Below are positions 9,414 through 19,083 of a stretch of 62,974 nucleotides of DNA, piece by piece. Location: NCBI GenBank assembly GCA_002500565.1, contig DLRV01000016.1, positions 1 through 62,974 on the forward strand, given 5' to 3'. The notes under the pieces are model-generated. The model was not told the DNA's origin and did no database searches. It was given only the letters and a program-made list of their open reading frames with translations. Each line of letters begins with the position of its first letter. The stretch's first letter is position 1. The translations under genes were made by a program, and so were the position numbers. Source of the stretch: Holosporaceae bacterium UBA7879. Its GTDB lineage: Bacteria; Pseudomonadota; Alphaproteobacteria; UBA7879.

Positions 9414-9959
9414 ATGATGACACTGGCCAATAAACTTACCCTAATGCGCTTCGCCCTAACGCCACTTATTGTTGTATTAATTTTAATGCATTCAAAATTT
9501 TCGGGCTGGACAGCATTAATTTTATTTATTGCTACCGCTCTATTGGACTTTTTTGATGGCTATTTTGCTCGCAAAAGAGATGAAAGAAGCGTGTTTGGCC
9601 GGGTTTTAGACCCCATTGCGGATAAGTTTTTGGTGATTTCTTGCTTGGTTGCCTTAATGATTGCTGGCGAAGTTGAATCAATTGTTAGCGCCATCATGGT
9701 ATTGGTCCTGATTGCCCGTGAAGTTTTTATCTCTGGCTTACGTGAACAACTGGCCGAATTAAAAATTTCTGTCCCTGTTTCCAGAAGTGGAAAAGCAAAA
9801 ACCGTTCTTCAGTTCATTGCCATTGCTGTATTGATGATTCCAGCACCAGTTGAAGAACTTTTGATGCATGCAAGTTTATTGGTTGCAACGCTATTTTCAC
9901 TTCTGTCTGCTTATCAATATGTACGTGTATTTATTAAACATGCCAAGGTCATGGAATGA
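9414..9959 (+). CDS. pgsA: CDP-diacylglycerol--glycerol-3-phosphate 3-phosphatidyltransferase
   Basis: ANKLTLMR, DFFDGYFAR...FGRVLDPIADK CDP-alcohol phosphotransferase motif, REVFISGLRE, GKAKT. Confidence 0.95.
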   Translation: MMTLANKLTLMRFALTPLIVVLILMHSKFSGWTALILFIATALLDFFDGYFARKRDERSVFGRVLDPIADKFLVISCLVALMIAGEVESIVSAIMVLVLIAREVFISGLREQLAELKISVPVSRSGKAKTVLQFIAIAVLMIPAPVEELLMHASLLVATLFSLLSAYQYVRVFIKHAKVME

Positions 9960-10801
9960 AAGCAGGCCCTACTGAGAAACAACAAGCCCAGGGGTGGTTT
10001 CGCCAGCTGCGTGACACTATCACAAATAGTTTTGAAAAGATTGAAGACGCTTACTGCCAAGGGTCTGAACTAACGGCTGGTAAATTTACCATAACCCCTT
10101 GGGACCGCCCCGGTGGCGGTGGCGGTGAAATGGGACTTATGCGCGGCCAAGTATTTGAAAAAGTTGGTGTCAACATATCGACTGTACATGGCCAGTTTGA
10201 TAAAAAATTTGCTGGCGATATACCTGGAACTGAGAATGATCCAAGTTTTTGGGCAAGTGGTATTTCCCTGGTTGCGCATATGAAAAACCCCTATGTGCCA
10301 GCTGTGCATATGAATACACGCTTGATTGTGACAGGAAAATCATGGATTGGTGGTGGGGCTGATCTAACCCCCACCTATCCATTCTCAGAAGATACTACCT
10401 TATTTCATGAACATCTTAAAACAGCTTGTGACAAGCATGATCCTGATGATTACAAGCGCTTTAAAAAATGGTGTGATGAATACTTTTACTTACCCCACAG
10501 ACAAGAGCAGCGAGGGGTTGGTGGCATTTTTTATGATTATATTAACACTGGTTCTTGGCAGAACGATTTACAATTCACAAAAGATGTTGGCACGCAGTTC
10601 TTAAAGGCCTTTGAGATAATTGTTAAGCGACGTATAAGTCATCCTTGGAATGATGAAGATCGGCAAAAATTAAAGGAAAAGCGTGGGCGTTACGTTGAAT
10701 TTAACTTGCTTTATGATCGCGGAACGCTGTTTGGACTGAAAACCAATGGCAACGTTGATGCGATACTAATGTCTTTACCGCCCGAGGTTAGCTGGCCTTA
10801 G
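9956..10801 (+). CDS. hemF: Oxygen-dependent coproporphyrinogen III oxidase
   Basis: FEKVGVN, PAVHMNTR, GGGADLTP, RGRYVEFNLLYDRGTLFGL, ILMSLPP. Confidence 0.97.
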   Translation: MKAGPTEKQQAQGWFRQLRDTITNSFEKIEDAYCQGSELTAGKFTITPWDRPGGGGGEMGLMRGQVFEKVGVNISTVHGQFDKKFAGDIPGTENDPSFWASGISLVAHMKNPYVPAVHMNTRLIVTGKSWIGGGADLTPTYPFSEDTTLFHEHLKTACDKHDPDDYKRFKKWCDEYFYLPHRQEQRGVGGIFYDYINTGSWQNDLQFTKDVGTQFLKAFEIIVKRRISHPWNDEDRQKLKEKRGRYVEFNLLYDRGTLFGLKTNGNVDAILMSLPPEVSWP

Positions 10802-12161
10802 ACCCGCTATCTGGACATTGTTGAGGCGTGATAAAAGTCTGATCACTTTTTTGGGCATCTTTCATCATACAGTCAATTTCTTGACGCTGACTTTGGAAAC
10901 GCTTAATTTCAGATGCAGACAATTGCTTGGTTGTCGGCAACTTAACTGTGTTTGGGTTTACTTTTTTATTGTTAAGGTGAATTTCATAGTGAAGATGTGG
11001 CCCTGTACTACGGCCAGTTGTACCAACAAAGCCAATAACCTGACCTTGCTTCACTTTTGACCCAGCCCGAATTCCCTTAGCAAATCGCTTTAAATGCGCG
11101 TAAGCAGTTTTGATAGAGGGCGAATGTTTAAGCAAGATGTAATTTCCATAGCCTCCATTGAATTGAGCCTTTTGAACAATACCATCACCAGCGGCAAGAA
11201 CACGGGTGCCACGCGGTGCGGCAAAGTCAATCCCTTGGTGCATTTTAGAATAGCCCAAAATGGGATGTTTACGCATACCAAAACGGCTGGAAATTGGTGC
11301 GCCAGGCACTGGCGTTTTAAGCAAAGACCGCGTTGCCGCTTTGGCGTTAGAGCTAAAGTAATGAATAGTTCCTTGCTCATTTTGATAGCGATAAAGGTCT
11401 TTTTTACCTTCTTTAAGCTGAATTGATCCATAATATAGCTTACCTGGTACGGTTTTATCCGTATCTGGATCTATGAAGAGTTCAGCGAAAATCGTAAAGG
11501 GATCTCCCTCTTTTATAGATCGCTGGAAGTCCACATTATGACTAAGGAGTCTGGCAAATTGATGGGTGATTTTATCCGGGATACCAAGCTTTTGGGCATC
11601 ATAATACAGGCTATTGTTAACAACACCTTGATAAAGACGGTTAATAGAAATAAGTGGTTTTTGAATAAGATTAAGAGTATTGGTTTGCAGATCTCGAATG
11701 ATAAGAATTTTGGTTTTATCAATATAAAACAGCACTTCTTGAACTTGGCCTGATTTGGGACCATCTTTAACGGTGGTTACTTTAAACTCTGTCCCTGCCC
11801 TAAACTTCTTCAACGCCTTACTTTGATTAAGCAAATGGATGATTCTTTGCACATCTTCTATATTTTTAATCGACCTAATAAAAAAGCGGTATAAAGTATC
11901 ACCTTTCTTAACCTTATAAACTTTGGATACGGTATCTATGTTGCCTGGATCAGGTGTAGCTTTGGCCCCTTCATCTGAGGTTTCATCCTCAGTCATGATT
12001 GCATCTTGCTCAAGAGATTCTGAATCCTGGGCTGAACCTCCAGTGATAACTTCACTTACAGGCACTTTAAGCAACGTGCGTGATTGCTGATTATATAAAA
12101 CAAAAGCGATCAAAAGTGTGGTAAAAAAACCTATGAGTTCTGGAAAACGATAATTCATCAA
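10788..12161 (-). CDS. M23 family metallopeptidase (MepM-like) with N-terminal anchor and LysM-like segment
   Basis: HQGIDFAAPRGT (HxxxD), GGYGN, TGRSTGPHLHYE (HxH), YKVKKGDTL. Confidence 0.93.
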   Translation of the reverse strand: MMNYRFPELIGFFTTLLIAFVLYNQQSRTLLKVPVSEVITGGSAQDSESLEQDAIMTEDETSDEGAKATPDPGNIDTVSKVYKVKKGDTLYRFFIRSIKNIEDVQRIIHLLNQSKALKKFRAGTEFKVTTVKDGPKSGQVQEVLFYIDKTKILIIRDLQTNTLNLIQKPLISINRLYQGVVNNSLYYDAQKLGIPDKITHQFARLLSHNVDFQRSIKEGDPFTIFAELFIDPDTDKTVPGKLYYGSIQLKEGKKDLYRYQNEQGTIHYFSSNAKAATRSLLKTPVPGAPISSRFGMRKHPILGYSKMHQGIDFAAPRGTRVLAAGDGIVQKAQFNGGYGNYILLKHSPSIKTAYAHLKRFAKGIRAGSKVKQGQVIGFVGTTGRSTGPHLHYEIHLNNKKVNPNTVKLPTTKQLSASEIKRFQSQRQEIDCMMKDAQKSDQTFITPQQCPDSGSKAS

Positions 12162-12205
12162 AACAATAAATATTGGCTGGATAGTGGCTTAAAACTGTTT
12201 TTATA

Positions 12206-13069
12206 TCAAGATTTATTGTTGCTTCGAAGTAAATAGAGATTACTTGCAAGGATAATCAATGATCCAATTAATTTATTCATAGAGAGTATTTCATGAAAGT
12301 AGAAATAGCCAATTGGCACTGCAATGATAAGTTTTAAGTATTCAAAAGGTGCAGCAAAGCTTGCTTCACAATGCTGCAAGGCCCGCACATAGGCATACTG
12401 GGTATACGTAAAACCACCAGCAATAAGCGAAATTTGTAACATGCTGCCAAGGCTTGGAACATGCCATCCATTAATTGTATTCAAAATACCAGTAAATAAG
12501 ATAATAACCAGCAATGGAAAGGCAATAATTGTGATGGTTTGTTCTACTTGAGTTAATTTTTTGGTGACGATAATTGCAAGACTAGCAGCGATATTGGCGC
12601 CCAAAGCCACCAAGATATTTAATTGAAAATCAATGTTGGCTGAAAAATCAGTAAAGAAAAGAACACCGCAATACCCCACGCCCACCACAATCCAGCGTTT
12701 CATTGACACCTTTTCACTCAAGAACCAGCCGGCAAATGTTGTTGTAATAATAGATTGTGTAAAGCCGATCGATGTTGCAATGGATAAATCAAGTGAGCGA
12801 TAGGCCCGATATGTTGCCCACATGGCTAACATCATTAAACCGGATCGCATAAACATGAGTAATGGTTTTTTGGGAATAAGCGTTGAAATAAAACCTGATT
12901 GCAAAAGAGAAGGCACCAAAAATAAAAATCCAAACAATGCTCTAAAAAAAACGATGATTGAATTATCAACCGTGGGATCAAGGTCTTTGGCATACGCAAC
13001 CGTTAAGGCATATATGCTGCTCCAGGCCAAGAGCCAGGGGATGGCTTTTCTATTTGCAGGTGATGGCAT
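12206..13069 (-). CDS. DMT/EamA family transporter
   Basis: ~10 TM segments, VFFRALFG, FLSEKV, APFEY...YFYFHE two-repeat EamA pattern. Confidence 0.9.
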   Translation of the reverse strand: MPSPANRKAIPWLLAWSSIYALTVAYAKDLDPTVDNSIIVFFRALFGFLFLVPSLLQSGFISTLIPKKPLLMFMRSGLMMLAMWATYRAYRSLDLSIATSIGFTQSIITTTFAGWFLSEKVSMKRWIVVGVGYCGVLFFTDFSANIDFQLNILVALGANIAASLAIIVTKKLTQVEQTITIIAFPLLVIILFTGILNTINGWHVPSLGSMLQISLIAGGFTYTQYAYVRALQHCEASFAAPFEYLKLIIAVPIGYFYFHEILSMNKLIGSLIILASNLYLLRSNNKS

Positions 13070-13157
13070 GTCTGTTCTTTCTTTTCACAAAAATAAAGGG
13101 TGCTCATAATTTGAACACCCCTCAAATTAGCCTAAAAGGCTTTTAAAAGCGATTAAA

Positions 13158-13934
13158 TTAAGACCGCTGTTTTTTGATTTTTTCTTCAAAAGTATCAATA
13201 CCAATTAAGCCACTAATGACATCGTCTCCAATGATAAAGGTTGGAGTACCACCGATTTTAAGTTTTTGACCCAGCTCAAGATTTTCTTTAATCTCTTTTT
13301 CAATTTCTGGAGATTTGATGTCTTCCTCAAATTTATCCATATCAAGACCAATTTGGCGGGCAATTTCTCTTACCTCTGATGGTGCAAGATTACCCGTTGA
13401 TGTCATGAAGGCCTGGTGAATATCTTCGTACTTACCTTGTTTATGAGCTGCCAATGCTGCCTTAGACATGATCATATCCCCACCAAAAATTGGAAACTCT
13501 TTGTAGATAATTTTAGCATTACCATCCTCTTTGACAGCTTCATGCAAAACGCCGTATGCTTGGCGGCAATACCCGCAACGATAATCAAAGAAGTTAACAA
13601 CTGTTACATCTCCATTTGGATTTCCACCAATTGGATCGCCTTTGTGATCAAGAATTTCGGCTTTGTTTTTACCAACCTGCTCTTTCATTTCTTTCATTTC
13701 TTTGAGCTGCATGCGTTGTTTGTATACCTCAAAGGCTGTAAGGACCAACTCAGGTTTTTGGTTCAAAGCTTCTTCAACAATATAAACGGCGTTTGTATCC
13801 TTGCCAAAGGTTGTAGCTTGATCTTGGGGCTTTTTCTTAACTTGATATGCCGCCCAACCTGCTAGAATAAAAGCAAGAATAGATAGAATTGTTGATAGGT
13901 TTTTAAACATGGATGCCTCATTAAATTTTCTCAA
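13158..13934 (-). CDS. DsbA/Com1-like thiol:disulfide oxidoreductase
   Basis: GNPNGDVTVVNFFDYRCGYC, KEFPIF, GGTPTFIIG. Confidence 0.92.
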   Translation of the reverse strand: MRKFNEASMFKNLSTILSILAFILAGWAAYQVKKKPQDQATTFGKDTNAVYIVEEALNQKPELVLTAFEVYKQRMQLKEMKEMKEQVGKNKAEILDHKGDPIGGNPNGDVTVVNFFDYRCGYCRQAYGVLHEAVKEDGNAKIIYKEFPIFGGDMIMSKAALAAHKQGKYEDIHQAFMTSTGNLAPSEVREIARQIGLDMDKFEEDIKSPEIEKEIKENLELGQKLKIGGTPTFIIGDDVISGLIGIDTFEEKIKKQRS

Positions 13935-13994
13935 AGAGTACTCAAAAATCTAAGGATCAGCAAGCGTTTGTTCAATCAAACTTATAAACGAACA

Positions 13995-14444
13995 TTAAGC
14001 TTTGTGATAGGGATGACCCTGAGCAAGGGATTGGCAGCGATATAATTGTTCAATCAGCATAACACGTACCAGTTTATGCGGCCAAGTTTGCCGACCGAAA
14101 GAGATCGTTTGGGCTGCTTTTTTCTTTAACTCTTGTGTATGCCCTTCAGCACCACCAATAGCAAAAGTTGGAATTTTATGATCATTCATATGAATGGATA
14201 TGATAAGAGAGAGAAGTTGCTCAGTTGTTAAATCCTTTCCTTTTTCATCTAAAAGAATAAGCGATTGTTGTGGAGAAAGGGATTTGAGTATTTCCTGCGA
14301 TTCCTGCTGCTTGCTAGAATGGGTATTTTTAATTTGAATTTCGTTGATCTTAACTGTCCAAGTCATTCGTTTGAGATACGTCTGACAAAGATCATACTCA
14401 GGGCCTGACTTAAGCTTATTAATAGCATGGATTTGAATGTGCAT
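13995..14444 (-). CDS. rlmH: 23S rRNA (pseudouridine1915-N3)-methyltransferase
   Basis: LLDEKGK, FAIGGAEG, TWPHKLVRVMLIEQLYR, GHPYHK. Confidence 0.96.
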   Translation of the reverse strand: MHIQIHAINKLKSGPEYDLCQTYLKRMTWTVKINEIQIKNTHSSKQQESQEILKSLSPQQSLILLDEKGKDLTTEQLLSLIISIHMNDHKIPTFAIGGAEGHTQELKKKAAQTISFGRQTWPHKLVRVMLIEQLYRCQSLAQGHPYHKA

Positions 14445-15631
14445 TAATCAACAGGTAAATAAGGCTGTAAAGATTGAATGAAATACCCCTTAGCTTGCTG
14501 AGTATATACCTTAGAGCCAAAAATACGTCTTTGAACATAGTGAACACACAAAGCCCGTTCAGCCTTATAAAGAGGCAAGCAAATAGATTTTACAAACCCC
14601 TTATAAGATTGAAGAGCTTGTTTTTTTTGTTCACCTGTTAAAACCCAGCGGCCGTCTGTCGTCGTTTTAATGCCTTTCAAGCGTTTGAATCCTTGTTTGA
14701 GCCAGTCCTCTTCGGGTTGACTTGGGTTGAAAGCAACACGCTTTGGTAAAGATTTCTGAACAGCTGGTTTGTTTGGCGCTTCATTAAACTCATCTTCAAA
14801 ATCTTCATCAAAATCCTTATCTTCTTCAAGATCAGCATCATCGCCATCATCAACCTCCGCCTCAGCTGGAACTTCCTCTTCATCTTCTTCTATGCTTTCA
14901 TCATCCAAATGATGCTTATATCTCTGGTTCCCAAGTGTATTGTTTCGCGCTTTCTCATAAAGCTTTGCAATCATTCTGGCCGGCGTGTAATAGTTTTGCT
15001 CTCGTTGCATGGCTTTTTTAGACAGTGAAGAGCGGTAAGGTAAAGACTGGATCCATTTTTTCACAATGCCTTTCAGCAATGCTGATCTTTTCAAGTTAAG
15101 CTTACCTTTGTTTAAATCAACATTGTAAAGAGATTGAAACAACGCAATGGCTTCTGGCAAGTAAACAATTTGTTTTCCTTTAGAAGTTTGAATTGTAAAG
15201 GCGTATTTTTGCCGCACAGACGGTGCCTTTGGCTTGTTGTCAGCAATATATCCAGCTAAGGAAGCAATAAGTTCTCCTGCTATACTTTGAGTACTAGAAG
15301 AGCCAAATAGGCGGTTATCTAGATCAAGAAGAAAAACATCTAACTTATGCTTGGGCTGTTGGGTGCGAGAATATTTAGCAGCCTCCCTCTTGATAATCGA
15401 TGCACACTTTCGAAAACGCCCAGCCGGGTCTTTATTTTTCTCAAAATCAGGAATCATCAGCATTTGATATAGTGCCTGGATGGCCCTTGATGCTGATCCA
15501 TCTTGGCAAGACTTAGGATTCACCATAAGCTTTCCATAAGTCAGATTCCCAGGGCCAACGGATTGAGCGAGACCATGACCGTGCTCAGCCAACAAAAAAC
15601 CTGTTAAAAAAAGAATTATATACCTCATCAC
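14444..15631 (-). CDS. Exported hypothetical protein with acidic tract; paralog of 47168..48109
   Basis: Signal peptide, Cys-containing N-domain aligning by eye with the 47168 ORF, D/E-rich linker. Confidence 0.75.
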   Translation of the reverse strand: MMRYIILFLTGFLLAEHGHGLAQSVGPGNLTYGKLMVNPKSCQDGSASRAIQALYQMLMIPDFEKNKDPAGRFRKCASIIKREAAKYSRTQQPKHKLDVFLLDLDNRLFGSSSTQSIAGELIASLAGYIADNKPKAPSVRQKYAFTIQTSKGKQIVYLPEAIALFQSLYNVDLNKGKLNLKRSALLKGIVKKWIQSLPYRSSLSKKAMQREQNYYTPARMIAKLYEKARNNTLGNQRYKHHLDDESIEEDEEEVPAEAEVDDGDDADLEEDKDFDEDFEDEFNEAPNKPAVQKSLPKRVAFNPSQPEEDWLKQGFKRLKGIKTTTDGRWVLTGEQKKQALQSYKGFVKSICLPLYKAERALCVHYVQRRIFGSKVYTQQAKGYFIQSLQPYLPVD

Positions 15632-15822
15632 AACAACCTTAAATTACCTCAAACTATAGCTTGAATCTTGATCTTTAAGCAACCCATCAAGAAGCTTCTT
15701 TGGTTTTAAGTTTGCATGGCAATAAGAACTTCAGCAATATTAATATTGAAAATTTGTGGTATTGCACGGTGAAACCTTTTGTGGCAATTTACACGCTCAA
15801 AACAAGAATAGGTCTTGTCACT

Positions 15823-17136
15823 ATGATTAATGCCATTGTGCAAGGATGCGATAAAGTTTTGCGTCGCTACACGCCCGATCCATTTATTGTTGCTCTTCTC
15901 CTTACTTTTACTATTTTCATACTTGGTCTGGGCTTAACAGATAAGTCAGCCGGTACTTTAATTGTTTTCTGGGGGAATGAATTTTGGCAACTGAGTGTCT
16001 TTACCATGCAAATGGCCATGATTCTGATTGGAGGATATGCCCTAGCCTCTTCACCGCCAGTTGATAAATTTTTAACCAAGATAGCCAAATCTTTGACCAG
16101 CTCTCGGCAAGCCGTGGTTGTGACGTCGCTTTTAGGGCTTACGGGTTGCCTCTTTAACTGGGGTTTTGGCCTGGTGGTTGCAGCCATTTTTTGTCGAAAA
16201 GTTGTGGCTGTTATGCCAACGGTTAATTTCCGATTGATGGTGGCAACAGCTTACAGTGGGTTCATGGTTTGGCACGGTGGCTTTTCTGGTTCTATCCCCC
16301 TTCTCATGGCAACCCCCGGGAACTTTACAGAAAAACTTATCGGCCGCGTTGTTCCAATTGAGGAAACGCTTTTTAATTGGCTTAATATCACAGCTGTGAT
16401 TGGGGTTTATTTAGCCATACTGGGATCAAACTATTTTCTGGGTGGGCTAAAGCGCTACAAACCTGTTGAGGTTAAACCCGAACCCGAGTACGACGACAGC
16501 GCTGAACACTCCACAACTCCTGCTGCAAAAATGGAACGCAGCCGTTTGATCACTTATATAACATTCGGGATCTCTTTTCTGTTTATCTACAATAAAATCA
16601 CCATGGGGTGCTTTACGTTTGACCTTAATCACGTGAACTTCATGTTTTTGATGCTGGCTTTTTTCCTCCATCAAAAGCCCATACGCTTTGTACAGGCTGT
16701 TTACACGGGCACACGTAAGGTTGGTCCCATTTTGCTGCAGTTTCCGTTTTACGCTGGGATTATGGGCATCATGCGCGAATCAGGATTAGCGCAGATTATT
16801 TCTAATTTTTTTGTTGAAATATCCACAGCTGATTCATTTGCTTTCTTAACATTTATCAGCGCCTCTGTTTTGAATCTTTTTGTTCCGTCTGGCGGCGGGC
16901 AATGGGCTATTCAAGCGCCCATCGTTATACCAGCAGCCCATGACCTTGGCGCTGACATTATCAAAACATCTATGGCCATTGCCTGGGGCGATGCCTGGAC
17001 GAACATGTTGCAACCTTTCTGGGCCCTGCCCGTGTTAGCTGTTGCCGGCTTGCACCTCCGGGATATCATGAGTTATTGCCTGTTTTATCTGGTAACTTCA
17101 GGCATTGTCTTGATTAGTGTGTTCTTAATTTTCTAA
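15823..17136 (+). CDS. atoE: Short-chain fatty acid transporter (AtoE family)
   Basis: PDPF, FTMQMAMIL, NWGFGLVV, WHGGFSGSIPL, FVPSGGGQWAIQAP, AWGDAWTNMLQPFWALP; ATG at 15823. Confidence 0.92.
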   Translation: MINAIVQGCDKVLRRYTPDPFIVALLLTFTIFILGLGLTDKSAGTLIVFWGNEFWQLSVFTMQMAMILIGGYALASSPPVDKFLTKIAKSLTSSRQAVVVTSLLGLTGCLFNWGFGLVVAAIFCRKVVAVMPTVNFRLMVATAYSGFMVWHGGFSGSIPLLMATPGNFTEKLIGRVVPIEETLFNWLNITAVIGVYLAILGSNYFLGGLKRYKPVEVKPEPEYDDSAEHSTTPAAKMERSRLITYITFGISFLFIYNKITMGCFTFDLNHVNFMFLMLAFFLHQKPIRFVQAVYTGTRKVGPILLQFPFYAGIMGIMRESGLAQIISNFFVEISTADSFAFLTFISASVLNLFVPSGGGQWAIQAPIVIPAAHDLGADIIKTSMAIAWGDAWTNMLQPFWALPVLAVAGLHLRDIMSYCLFYLVTSGIVLISVFLIF

Positions 17137-17906
17137 GAACGGGTTTTATTAAAAAACCAAATCCCGTAAAGTTCTAAAGCCAGCCCAATATAGTTTACGA
17201 CTTGGATGAACCACATCCCTGATTTCATGAATTGCAAGGTCAAAATGGGGTTCTGCAACATGGGCTGAAGGGTGCTTAGACTCGCTTTTGGCAGGATAAT
17301 AAGTGCAGCCCCAATCGCACCTATTATACCAGTAACAACTTGCACCAAAACCAAGTATCCAAAAAGCTTAGGCCAGTAAGAGTGTGTTTTAGGCCACGCT
17401 GTTGGGATAACCTCGAGCTTATTAGTTGCCGCACCAACGAAAGCAGGAGATAAACGGGCGAACATAAACAGATAAAAAAACTTAGTTGCAAGGCCAAATA
17501 AAACCAACGACACAACACCAAAGCCAATGATGGATCCAAGCAATGAAGCCACTGTTGAAATCAAAAGACTGTTAATAAAGAAAAGACCGAGGGAGAGGAC
17601 ACCATAGGTTAGATATGTGCGTTTGAACTGAGGAATGAGAACAGAACGCAGGCCACGCCGATTTGATAAAAAACGCAACCATTCTACAGCAAACACGACT
17701 TGAAAAATATAATCTATAATTGTAAAAAAACTAAAAACTGGCTGTCCAGTACTGGGAAAAATAATTTGTAGTAAGCGGCTAAAACCAATAAGAAACAAAG
17801 GCACTGCAGCAATATTAAGAAATTGCTTTCTGTTTTGAATTAAGCATGCAAAGGCTTGTTTAAAAACAAAAAATGGATTTGTAGATTTCTGTGTAAAGGT
17901 CATCAA
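17133..17906 (-). CDS. Polytopic membrane protein of unknown function
   Basis: 257 aa, about 6 hydrophobic segments. Confidence 0.7.
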   Translation of the reverse strand: MMTFTQKSTNPFFVFKQAFACLIQNRKQFLNIAAVPLFLIGFSRLLQIIFPSTGQPVFSFFTIIDYIFQVVFAVEWLRFLSNRRGLRSVLIPQFKRTYLTYGVLSLGLFFINSLLISTVASLLGSIIGFGVVSLVLFGLATKFFYLFMFARLSPAFVGAATNKLEVIPTAWPKTHSYWPKLFGYLVLVQVVTGIIGAIGAALIILPKASLSTLQPMLQNPILTLQFMKSGMWFIQVVNYIGLALELYGIWFFNKTRS

Positions 17907-17961
17907 AGCTGCCTAAATTGTTCGCAGCTAACTTAACTTATAAGTGGTCGGTAAATCAAGA

Positions 17962-19074
17962 TTAAGGCTGTTTGGGCGTCCAATAATCAGCAAAGAAATC
18001 GTAACCATTGGAAAATCCATACAGCGTCCCATCTTTAAGCCATTTCAATGATGTGTGAGCATACGGATCAACGTATTTTGCCCTGTAATAGTAAGGGTTC
18101 CACAGCTCCCCAGTTCCTTCTTTAAAGTGATAGTATCGCCAAAAACCCTGATATTCTTGCTCTTGTTCAAGCATTTCCAGGGCAAGAAGATAGTTTGTCA
18201 TGAGGTGCGGTGCATCCCACATATGCGGAAGAGAAAGGTGCGTGCCATAATGGCGGAAGCCGAGACCCTGCAACGCGACCAAAGGCACAGGATCACCTGT
18301 TTGTGAGATGTTAAGATGTTTGCTAGCAAGCCTTTTATCAAGCGCCTCGGCCGTAGCAATATCATAAACACGCGGCGCCGCAAAACTCACAGCCCTGGTT
18401 TCAACATCATAGTTAGCCAAAATATACCCTTGGAGTAGTTGTGTTAAGCCACCGCCCATGCTGTGCCCAGTTATGGTAACTTTTTCAAGTAGTTCTTCTG
18501 TTGATTTCTGGCGTGCCTTAGCTATATCATCCAAGATATTAAACACCTGGTCTTTGGTGCGATAAAACCCTTTCATGATCCCATTATGAACGCGAAATCC
18601 AGTGTTTGCATCATAAGCAAAATTAGCCCAGAAATCTGAAACCCAATTGTTTAAGCTGGTTGATCCTTTATACACAATTGTTATATCACCATCTTCGTGC
18701 TCTATAATCATGCCGGAGTTTTCAATATTAGTTGCAAAGTAATAAACTTTGTCGCCAGGCTGAAGGTACTTGCGCATTTCCTCTTCATGGCTGCCATCTT
18801 CTTTGGGTTGGATATAAGCCATTTTGGCATACTTACCATATTGCTTAACTTTAGATATAGAAAGGCCGATAATTTCTGCATCCACATCTTTAAGGGAAAG
18901 ATCATTATTTTTGGTAAAAGAAGATTTTTCATCTTCTTGTAGCGGCAAATCATTTGTTAAAGAAGATTTTGAATACCCATAATGAATTGCGGCAACTTCT
19001 GGCTCGCTTAGCATATCAACCCGACCCTGTGATACAGTCCAAGCCACCAAGATTAGTAAAAATAATTTCTTCAT
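17962..19074 (-). CDS. Secreted class 3 lipase / phospholipase A1-like
   Basis: Signal peptide; YKGSTSLNNW, VHNG, ITGHSMGG nucleophile, FAAPRV, DPVP, HLMTNY triad. Confidence 0.9.
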   Translation of the reverse strand: MKKLFLLILVAWTVSQGRVDMLSEPEVAAIHYGYSKSSLTNDLPLQEDEKSSFTKNNDLSLKDVDAEIIGLSISKVKQYGKYAKMAYIQPKEDGSHEEEMRKYLQPGDKVYYFATNIENSGMIIEHEDGDITIVYKGSTSLNNWVSDFWANFAYDANTGFRVHNGIMKGFYRTKDQVFNILDDIAKARQKSTEELLEKVTITGHSMGGGLTQLLQGYILANYDVETRAVSFAAPRVYDIATAEALDKRLASKHLNISQTGDPVPLVALQGLGFRHYGTHLSLPHMWDAPHLMTNYLLALEMLEQEQEYQGFWRYYHFKEGTGELWNPYYYRAKYVDPYAHTSLKWLKDGTLYGFSNGYDFFADYWTPKQP

Positions 19075-19083
19075 CCCACGCTC

